A stretch of DNA of 64,000 bases, from NCBI GenBank assembly GCA_020184695.1, contig JAANOX010000033.1:310001-374000 (forward strand), written 5' to 3'. Position numbers and translations under genes: made by a program. Shown piece by piece: positions 31,793-40,259 of this stretch. Every line of letters begins with the position of its first letter. Position 1 is the stretch's first letter. Origin of the DNA: Histomonas meleagridis 2922-C6/04-290x. Lineage: Eukaryota > Protista > Parabasalia. The notes beneath the pieces were generated by a model. It had not been told where the DNA came from and searched no databases. It saw only the letters and a list, made by a program, of their open reading frames with translations.

Positions 31793-34700
31793 ATGATGAT
31801 CACCTTTCTTTTAAGCTCGTTACTATATAGTAAATTTGTTTATTGTGCAGATTGTCGAGAAATCAGTGGAGTTGAAGTTATTGAAAAATCGGAAGGAACA
31901 GATGCTTGCATCATTATTGGAGATGATGTCAAAACTATAGGAAATGGAGCTTTCAGTCATTGGAGCAATCTTGAAGAGGTTACAGTTGGGAGTTCTATAG
32001 AATTAATTGATGAATATGCATTCTATAATTGTCAGAAACTAACAACTGTTAATATTAAAAACAGCGTCAAACAAATCGGAAGCAGAGCATTTCTGTTATG
32101 TGTGAAATTAAGAAGCTTAAATTTAAGTGTCGTTGAATCAATTGGTGAATATGCTTTTAGTCAATGTTCGTCTTTGAAAAGTATATACCTTGGTAGTTCA
32201 CTTCAAACCATTGGTTCTTTAGCTTTTCAATATTGTGAAAATTTGACAAAAATTTCTATACCAAATAATGTCCAAAGTCTTGAGTTCCAAACATTCTTTT
32301 CATGCATCAGCTTAACTGAAGTCATTATTGGTGATTCTGTTGAAACTATTGGAGAAGGCGTTTTTGAAGGATGTTCATCATTATCATATGTTGTTATTGG
32401 GAAGTCAGTTACCTCAATCGATAGCGCAATATTTGCCTCTCGTCGGTCACTTAAAACCGTTGTATTTTTATGCCAATCTCTGAAGACCATTGTCAGTGGT
32501 TTATTTAATCAATGTTATGAATTAAATAATGTTACATTTGCTTCAGGATTAGAAAGTATTGGGGACAATGCGTTTGAGCATTGTTCAAATTTGAAAGATG
32601 TTACATTACCTGAAAGTTTAACTTCTATTGGAAATGCGGTATTTCGATATTGCGAAGGTTTAATAACAGTTACACTTCCGGATTCATTAACATCCATTGG
32701 TGATTATGCATTTGAGTACTGCACAAGTCTTCCTAAAATCAAAATCCCTGATAATGTTAATATCGTTGGTGAATGTATCCTTCGTGGATGCTCACAACTA
32801 ACTGAAGTTATTATTGGTGATTCAGTTCCAGAGATTACAAATGGATTTTTCACCGGTTGTAAAGAATTGGTCTATTGTAAGATTGGAAATATGGTTGAAG
32901 CAATTTATGATTTTGCTTTTGCTGAATTTTTTGAGTTGAAGACAGTGATATTGGGCGATTCACTTATTAATATTTCGGAAGGACTTTTCTACTATTGTAA
33001 AAGTCTCGACAACATTACATTTGGTAAATCCATTGAGAACATTAAATATAATGCATTTGAAGATTGCCATTCTTTAGCTAATGTTGTACTTTCTGACTCA
33101 ATTAAATTAATTTATCCAGAGGCGTTTATGAATTGCAGAGGACTTCAAAGTATTATACTCTCTGAGGCATTACAAATCATTGGTAGTGATGCATTTTTGT
33201 TTTGTATTAATATGACTAATATTCAATTTAAAGAATCGTTACAAACTATTGGATTTGAAGCTTTTAAATATTGTACAAATTTAGCAAAAATTACACTTCC
33301 GAATTCATTAACATCCATTGGAGAATATGCATTTGAAGAATGTACAAGTCTTGTCGAAATCAAAATTCCTGATAAAGTCATTACACTTGGAGGATATATG
33401 TTCCGTTCTTGTACAGGATTAATTAAAGCAATAATTGGTAATTCAGTTCTAGAAGTCCCACAAGGAATTTTCCAAGCGTGCTCATCATTAGAAGAAGTTA
33501 TTATTGGCGATGGAGTTAAAACTATTGGTAAAAATGCTTTCGAAACATGTAAATCATTATCATATGTTGTTGTAGGAAAATCAGTCACAACAATTGACAA
33601 CGCAGTTTTTTCATATCATCAAAAACTTAAAACAGTTGTATTTTTATGTCAAAATCTAAAGACTATTACAGAAGGATTATTTACAGCATGTTATGAATTA
33701 AATAATGTAACATTTGCTTCAGGTTTAGAAAATATTGGAAACAATGCGTTTAATCTTTGTTCAAAATTAACAGTTGTTACATTATCCGAAGGTTTACTCA
33801 CTATTGGAAATGCGGCATTTCGATATTGTGAAAGTTTAACAACAATTACACTTCCGGAATCATTAACATCCATTGGAGAATATGCATTTGAACAATGTAC
33901 AAGTCTTCCTGAAATTCGAATTCCAGATAAAGTTAATACAGTTGGAGGATATATGTTCCGTTCTTGTACAGGATTAATTAAAGCAATAATTGGTAATTCA
34001 GTTCTAGAAGTCCCACAAGGAATTTTCCAAGCGTGCTCATCATTAGAAGAAGTTATTATTGGTGATGGAGTTAAAACTATTGAAAAAAGTATTTTCGAAA
34101 CATGTAAATCATTATCATATGTTGTTGTAGGAAAATCAGTCACAACAATTGACAACGCAGTTTTTTCATATCATCAAAAACTTAAAACAGTTGTATTTTT
34201 ATGTCAAAATCTAAAGACTATTACAGAAGGATTATTTACAGCATGCTATGGATTAAGTAATGTAACATTTGCTTCAGGTTTAGAAAATATTGGAAACAAT
34301 GCGTTTAATCTTTGTTCAAAATTAACAGTTGTTACATTATCCGAAGGTTTACTTACTATTGGAAATGCGGCATTTCGATATTGTGAAAGTTTAACAACAA
34401 TTACACTTCCGGAATCATTAACATCCATTGGAGAATATGCATTTGAACAATGTACAAGTCTTCCTGAAATTCGAATTCCAGATAAAGTTAACACAGTTGG
34501 AGGATATATGTTCCGTTCATGTACAGGATTAATTAAAGCAATAATTGGTAATTCAGTTCCTGAGATTCCATCCGGATTCTTCCAAGGCTGTCGAATGTTA
34601 TCATATGTTGTTATTGGTGATTCTATTAAAAGTATCAAGAAATCAAATTTCGAAGTCAGTAATTCAATAACATATTTCAAAGTTGGTAATGGAGTTACAA

Positions 34701-36025
34701 CAATTGATTCAAGTTTCTTCTCTAATTCCGCCACATTAAACACAGTCATTCTTGGTGACTCAATGAATACAATTAGCAGTAAATTATTTTATCATTGTAC
34801 AAATTTAGAAAGTGTAACATTCGGAAACTCTGTTACTACAATTGAAGAAAGTGCATTTGAACATTGTATTAAATTAAAATCACTTGAATTCCCTCAAACT
34901 TTAACAACAATTTCAAAATCTGCATTTTATGAATGTACAAGTCTTGAAAATGTTATAATACCTGATTCATTACAAACTATTTCAAGTTATACATTTTCAT
35001 ATTGTACAAATCTTCAAAGTATTAAATTACCGAATTCACTTGAAACAATTCCAAGTTATATGTTATCTGATTGTACAAATCTTCAAAGTGTTACATTACC
35101 AAATGCATTAAAGACTATTTCGGATCATGCATTTTCTTATTGTTCAAGTCTTCAAAGTATTACATTTCCAAGATCATTACAAACTATATCAAGTTATGCA
35201 TTTTTAGAATGTTCGATTATTAATAACATTATTATACCAGATAAAGTTAAAACACTTGAAAAATATGTATTTTCTAAATGTATAAAATTACAAAATATTA
35301 CAATTGGAAGTTCGATTGAGACAATTACTTCTTCATTATTCAATGGTTGTGAATCATTAGAACATTTCATTAATGGAGAAAATGTTAAAACTATTGAAGA
35401 AAATGCATTTAAAGGATGTAAGTCATTAAAATATATCGAAATTGGTCCTTCAGTTACAACGATGGCAGAAGAATTATTCTCTAAATTAACATCATTAAAC
35501 ACAGTAATCATTGGCGATGAACTTGAAACAATTTGCAGTAAATTGTTTTATCAATGTACAAATTTGGAAGTTGTTCAATTCGGTAAATCTATTACGACTA
35601 TTGAAGCAAATGCTTTTCAAGATTGCGCTAAAATTAAAAGTATTGTGTTCCCTGATAAGTTAACAACAATTAATAATTTCGCTTTCGATTCTTGCATTGG
35701 TTTGGAAAATATTACACTTCCAGAGTCATTGTTGAAAATTGGAAATTTCGCATTCGCAGACTGTAAGAAACTGAAGTGCATATTGTTCCTTGGAGATGTC
35801 TCGCCAAAGACTTCGACTTCTTCGTTCCGGAACGTGCCGTGCAAAGCAGTCATCGCGCAGACTTCTTACGCTGAAGAAACGTTCGGAAGTTTGCCTGTGC
35901 ACAAAGTCGAGTACCCAAATGAATGCATCGACTTCGGCGATGATGAGCCATCAGAAGGAATGAGAAATTATATATCAAAAGCATTGGTATGTACAATGAT
36001 TCTGATGGTATTCGCCGTCATTTGA
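31793..36025 (+). CDS. Large BspA-like (TpLRR) surface protein
   Basis: Likely start MMITFLLSSLLYSKFVYC (signal peptide, Inr-like TCATTT upstream) rather than the GTG at 31586. About 55 LRRs of the L.SI...AF..C..L..I.IP type, CILFLG cap, terminal hydrophobic segment ALVCTMILMVFAVI*. Confidence 0.9.
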   Translation: MMITFLLSSLLYSKFVYCADCREISGVEVIEKSEGTDACIIIGDDVKTIGNGAFSHWSNLEEVTVGSSIELIDEYAFYNCQKLTTVNIKNSVKQIGSRAFLLCVKLRSLNLSVVESIGEYAFSQCSSLKSIYLGSSLQTIGSLAFQYCENLTKISIPNNVQSLEFQTFFSCISLTEVIIGDSVETIGEGVFEGCSSLSYVVIGKSVTSIDSAIFASRRSLKTVVFLCQSLKTIVSGLFNQCYELNNVTFASGLESIGDNAFEHCSNLKDVTLPESLTSIGNAVFRYCEGLITVTLPDSLTSIGDYAFEYCTSLPKIKIPDNVNIVGECILRGCSQLTEVIIGDSVPEITNGFFTGCKELVYCKIGNMVEAIYDFAFAEFFELKTVILGDSLINISEGLFYYCKSLDNITFGKSIENIKYNAFEDCHSLANVVLSDSIKLIYPEAFMNCRGLQSIILSEALQIIGSDAFLFCINMTNIQFKESLQTIGFEAFKYCTNLAKITLPNSLTSIGEYAFEECTSLVEIKIPDKVITLGGYMFRSCTGLIKAIIGNSVLEVPQGIFQACSSLEEVIIGDGVKTIGKNAFETCKSLSYVVVGKSVTTIDNAVFSYHQKLKTVVFLCQNLKTITEGLFTACYELNNVTFASGLENIGNNAFNLCSKLTVVTLSEGLLTIGNAAFRYCESLTTITLPESLTSIGEYAFEQCTSLPEIRIPDKVNTVGGYMFRSCTGLIKAIIGNSVLEVPQGIFQACSSLEEVIIGDGVKTIEKSIFETCKSLSYVVVGKSVTTIDNAVFSYHQKLKTVVFLCQNLKTITEGLFTACYGLSNVTFASGLENIGNNAFNLCSKLTVVTLSEGLLTIGNAAFRYCESLTTITLPESLTSIGEYAFEQCTSLPEIRIPDKVNTVGGYMFRSCTGLIKAIIGNSVPEIPSGFFQGCRMLSYVVIGDSIKSIKKSNFEVSNSITYFKVGNGVTTIDSSFFSNSATLNTVILGDSMNTISSKLFYHCTNLESVTFGNSVTTIEESAFEHCIKLKSLEFPQTLTTISKSAFYECTSLENVIIPDSLQTISSYTFSYCTNLQSIKLPNSLETIPSYMLSDCTNLQSVTLPNALKTISDHAFSYCSSLQSITFPRSLQTISSYAFLECSIINNIIIPDKVKTLEKYVFSKCIKLQNITIGSSIETITSSLFNGCESLEHFINGENVKTIEENAFKGCKSLKYIEIGPSVTTMAEELFSKLTSLNTVIIGDELETICSKLFYQCTNLEVVQFGKSITTIEANAFQDCAKIKSIVFPDKLTTINNFAFDSCIGLENITLPESLLKIGNFAFADCKKLKCILFLGDVSPKTSTSSFRNVPCKAVIAQTSYAEETFGSLPVHKVEYPNECIDFGDDEPSEGMRNYISKALVCTMILMVFAVI
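33291..34563 (+). repeat. In-frame 555-bp tandem duplication (about 2.3 copies) inside the BspA gene
   Basis: TTACACTTCC...ACATCCATTGGAGAATATGC recurs at 33291, 33846 and 34401 with near identity; an older diverged copy starts at ~32670. Confidence 0.88.
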
Positions 36026-36294
36026 CATCACAGTCAGCTCATTATTAAATACTTGAATTTGATTTTATTGTTTTTTTTATCTCTGTTAAATATTATAATC
36101 TGTTTATGTGTTTGCATTTTTTCAATTGTTGTTACAAATTCACGTGCATGATAATAAATAAAATCACTGATCGCAAATACTTTTTTATTATGTATAAAAT
36201 CAAATGGTAAACTTGATGAGAAAATGGGAAACCGAATAAAAAAATAGAAGGCGTATCGTATACTACGATAAGATTACGTTAAAAAAGAGAAAAA

Positions 36295-37293
36295 ATGTTT
36301 TTACTTTTCGTTGAACTCATTCTATCAAGCAAAAGAAGGGCTCAAATCGTAGAAATGGACACAAATCGTTTCCACAATTCTGTGATTAAGAGAAGTAGAC
36401 TTGATATTTGGCTTGTATTATTATCTTCAAAAGATTCAAAAGGACACGAAAGTGCAAAAGAAATATTTCAAGAAGCTTTTTTATTGGGAAAAGGATTTAT
36501 TAAGTTTGCATATGTTGATGCAGTTAAATATCCTCATGTTCAAAGAAAATTGCAACTAAAAACATTCCCTCAGTTTTGTGTTTTTCATTCATCTGGATAT
36601 GAATGCAAATCAACAAGCTTTACGCCACGTGAATTAATTAATTATGCTAGCTCTTTTCTTCTAGATTTTGCAGATATAGCAGATGATGATTGGATGTTCA
36701 AATATGAACAAACTCCTGTTGCTGTACTATTTACTGATAAGCCATCCACGCCAACATTATGGTCAGCTATAGGATCTTCATTTCGTCATAATCCAATCAA
36801 AATAGGAATTTCAAATAACATAGAATTTGCTTTGAAATATAATGTAACAACATTCCCAACAATTCTATTCCATAATTTTACGCATAACATTATCTATGAT
36901 GGAGCCAACGATTTCTCATCAATTAGATCAAGCATCAAAAAATTCATCAAAAGGAAACTTCAAAAAAGTTTACACCCGACTATAATTCATCCAATGACAG
37001 AATATAACAAATATTGTTCAGGCGATGTTATATGCATTTTGAACATCAAAGATGAAATCGAACCAGAATTCGAATTAATTCGGAAAAAGCACACAACGTC
37101 AATGCTACAGTTCTTCTTTGGAAGTGAAGCACCATTTGATTATTTACAGAAAGGATTTATCTATGCTGTCACACCAAACGGAGAAAAATACATCAAAATC
37201 GAAAATGTTTCTTCACTAAACGAAACTGTTCAATCAATTTTAGACGGAAATGCAAACTGGACACAAGCAGACGATCTTAAAAACGAACTATAA
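36295..37293 (+). CDS. Secretory thioredoxin-fold (PDI-like) protein lacking CXXC, with ER-retention-like KNEL
   Basis: Signal peptide; WLVLLSSKDSKGHESAKE in place of W.V.FYAPWCGHC; FAYVDA; LKTFPQF; YNVTTFPTILF; C-terminal KNEL. Confidence 0.7.
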   Translation: MFLLFVELILSSKRRAQIVEMDTNRFHNSVIKRSRLDIWLVLLSSKDSKGHESAKEIFQEAFLLGKGFIKFAYVDAVKYPHVQRKLQLKTFPQFCVFHSSGYECKSTSFTPRELINYASSFLLDFADIADDDWMFKYEQTPVAVLFTDKPSTPTLWSAIGSSFRHNPIKIGISNNIEFALKYNVTTFPTILFHNFTHNIIYDGANDFSSIRSSIKKFIKRKLQKSLHPTIIHPMTEYNKYCSGDVICILNIKDEIEPEFELIRKKHTTSMLQFFFGSEAPFDYLQKGFIYAVTPNGEKYIKIENVSSLNETVQSILDGNANWTQADDLKNEL

Positions 37294-37360
37294 ATGTATC
37301 ATTTGTATAAAATAAAATTATATATATTTTAATAATATTTACATACACTTTATTACAACA

Positions 37361-39724
37361 TTAAGCAGCAGCTTTGTTAATTGCATATGTATGGAATGCA
37401 TCAATCACTTTCATTGTTGTCGAGTTCTTCGAATCTCTCAATTTCCTTTTCAATATTTGACTTGCTTCGTTCGCATTGCAATCGAATAAAAATGACTTTT
37501 CGACCTTGCGCAATATGTTCATAGGGTTATTCTTTTCGAAGCATTCCAAAGGTGGTTCACACGTATTCATTAGCTCTATCAAAGTCAATATCAATCGAGC
37601 ATGTTCTCTTAAACTTTTAAATGCGGGTTCAGCCCAATTACAAATTTGTTCAAATCCATCATCGCCAATGGTATTAATCATTTCATCACTTAGTTTTAGA
37701 GGGGGTGCGAAAGGTTTCGGGTCTTCACCAAAGATAAATCCAAAGTCGATATGTATTAATCTTCCGTCGTTAGCCACTAGAATATTATTATCATGTCTAT
37801 CGCCAACCATTACTATGTAAGTCATTACGCAATATACTGAACAAGATTTTTTAAATATTTCAATTTTCTTATCAATATCATTTCCATCTTCTTCAAGGAA
37901 CTCACGAATACTATGGAATTTACTTTTCCCGTCCTTGATATCTTGTATTGCCATTGAGTTTTCTATACATTCGCAACATCCATAACTTGTTGAAAATGCC
38001 AATGTGTTATATGCAGTGATTGGCATTGACATTGCTGATTTGTATAATATGTTATCCATAACTTCGAACAATTGTATAATGAGTTGATCTTGTCGCATGT
38101 CATCTCCCAATTTAAAGATCACTCTGTAAGTTGTGTTGTCATTTAATAAAAATGTTATTCGAATTGGTTTTCGACTCGACTGAAACACTTTTATCGAATT
38201 CGGATCGATTCCAACTGCAATAAGTTTCGGGTTTAATGGTAATCGAACATTATCAAGTTCGCGAAGTGACTTAAATTGATCTGAATTTAACAATTCAATA
38301 ACTTTTCGGCGAATTGTTTCAGGTGTCGAATTGTTCGTATTAATGGATTTAACCATAAGTTCATTGATGTCTTCAATAAGTTTTTCTTGTTTCTTAAACT
38401 CCGAATGATATAATTCTTTTAATGATTGATATAATGAGTGTAACGTGGAATTTGTATTTCGCTCAATTCGGACGATCCAAAATAGTTTGGTGGCAAAGAT
38501 AACATCTTCGCGTGATTTGTTTAACAAAAGTTCGCTTAAATCAATGGATAAATCTGATTTGATCGCTTGGACTAATTGTGGAATATAAAGTTGGAGTTCC
38601 GTGATTGAGCTGTTTAAGAGAGAACGAATGGCTAAGTCACGAATTGGTTTGCGTTCATAGCGTTTGGTAAGAAATTCTAATGCATATTCAGTATCAACTG
38701 GTTCACAGGTGGCTAATTGACTGGCAATATTGGTGGATTCATCCTTGTCATTCCAATTAATGGTACGAAAAAGCATTGGATACATTTCTTGATCTTGAAG
38801 ACATTGATCTAAATGATTGTATATAAAGTTTTCTTGAAATGGAGTAAGATCTTTAGAATATGGTGGCATAGATTTGATTTTAGAAAAGATCTCACTGATA
38901 GGAATGCTTTCAAGAGATTCACTCAGATCTGATGAAAGACGTTGAATTGGATTCATATAGTGATCAGTATTAACTGGATCGAGCTTACATGAATGATAAG
39001 TGAAATCAAATTCTTTATCAGGTGGAATTACATTAAGTAAAAGATATTTAGAAGCAGAGGATAATTGAGGGGGTTTGTTTGATTTCGAATTGAAAATTAC
39101 TGAATTAAAAAATAATTCTGCATCTTTTGGATGAAGCTTATTTGAAACATCATTAAAAAGAGGATCATTAAAATTGTCATATGAAACAGTTCTTTTATAA
39201 ACTCTGCGTAAATGTTTTTGAAGTGTAGTTTTTGGTGATTGATCAAATGTAAGAATAAAAGGCCCTGTTTTGAATTTCTTATTTTTGTTAAACAAAGGAA
39301 ATATATTTGTTAGCACTTTTAATGGCTTAATTGGAAATATATTAACATAAAAGTTAAATTGTAGCATTGATTCAAATGGTAAATCATAATAATTAATTGG
39401 AAATTCAATCTGAGAATCCCATTTGAAATGATGCAAAATCCTAGTTGGTGGTTTAAAAATTGAAATTTGTGGTAAATTAACTTCTTCCGAAAAATATTGA
39501 TTTGATTCCAATTTAATTGGTGAAGATAATCGCATATGTTTTGAGACGAGTGTACATTCCAAAATACACGTAAAAGGAAATGGTGGATCAAAATTCTTAA
39601 TAAAATATTCCGGAACTTTAATTCTAAAATATCTATATATATCAAATCCAACATCCTCTGCTACACTTATGCACAAATCCTTTATGTGTACCTTTAGATT
39701 TTGGTTTGAATTTTCTTTTTTCAT
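37361..39724 (-). CDS. VPS34: Phosphatidylinositol 3-kinase, class III (Vps34-like)
   Basis: C2 region, PIK helical domain (LQLYIPQLVQA), kinase motifs VIFKLGDDMRQDQL, VGDRHDNNI, HIDFGFIFGEDPKPF. No Ras-binding domain. Confidence 0.85.
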   Translation of the reverse strand: MKKENSNQNLKVHIKDLCISVAEDVGFDIYRYFRIKVPEYFIKNFDPPFPFTCILECTLVSKHMRLSSPIKLESNQYFSEEVNLPQISIFKPPTRILHHFKWDSQIEFPINYYDLPFESMLQFNFYVNIFPIKPLKVLTNIFPLFNKNKKFKTGPFILTFDQSPKTTLQKHLRRVYKRTVSYDNFNDPLFNDVSNKLHPKDAELFFNSVIFNSKSNKPPQLSSASKYLLLNVIPPDKEFDFTYHSCKLDPVNTDHYMNPIQRLSSDLSESLESIPISEIFSKIKSMPPYSKDLTPFQENFIYNHLDQCLQDQEMYPMLFRTINWNDKDESTNIASQLATCEPVDTEYALEFLTKRYERKPIRDLAIRSLLNSSITELQLYIPQLVQAIKSDLSIDLSELLLNKSREDVIFATKLFWIVRIERNTNSTLHSLYQSLKELYHSEFKKQEKLIEDINELMVKSINTNNSTPETIRRKVIELLNSDQFKSLRELDNVRLPLNPKLIAVGIDPNSIKVFQSSRKPIRITFLLNDNTTYRVIFKLGDDMRQDQLIIQLFEVMDNILYKSAMSMPITAYNTLAFSTSYGCCECIENSMAIQDIKDGKSKFHSIREFLEEDGNDIDKKIEIFKKSCSVYCVMTYIVMVGDRHDNNILVANDGRLIHIDFGFIFGEDPKPFAPPLKLSDEMINTIGDDGFEQICNWAEPAFKSLREHARLILTLIELMNTCEPPLECFEKNNPMNILRKVEKSFLFDCNANEASQILKRKLRDSKNSTTMKVIDAFHTYAINKAAA

Positions 39725-39924
39725 TCGGACATTTTAACGGCCTGAGAAGGGCACCCCAAACATTTCCATCATTTTATTTGGAAACAATAATTTAAGTCAT
39801 TTTATTTTCCGGTAAAAAGAGGTGAGTAATTTTCTGTAAAATTATATACAAAATCGTAATTTTAATTATTAATTGAACAAATAGAAAATTAATTAATTAA
39901 TTAATTAGTAAATACTCAAAGAGC

Positions 39925-40174
39925 AAATCGATTACTTCACACGCGATTTCTCATGCAAAGTTTCATGCAGTTATAACATTTCTAAAATCGATTACTTCAC
40001 ACGCGATTTCTCATGCAAAGTTTCATGCAGTTATAACATTTCTAAAATCGATTACTTCACACGCGATTTCTCATGCAAAGTTTCATGCAGTTATAACATT
40101 TCTAAAATCGATTACTTCACACGCGATTTCTCATGTAAAGTTTCATGCAGTTATAACATTTCTAAAATCGATTA
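39925..40174. repeat. 60-bp minisatellite, 4 full copies plus 10 bp
   Basis: Unit AAATCGATTACTTCACACGCGATTTCTCATGCAAAGTTTCATGCAGTTATAACATTTCTA; one C>T at 40116. Confidence 0.97.
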
Positions 40175-40259
40175 ATCAGTTTCAGACTGAACATCAAATG
40201 TCTTCATACGATTGCATCGGAATCTTAAGGAATAAATGTTTCGATAACTTTACGCATAT

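Noticed and set aside
39925-40174. CRISPR array or repeat-protein gene
   Set aside because: No spacers, eukaryotic context, and no start codon for the open frames.
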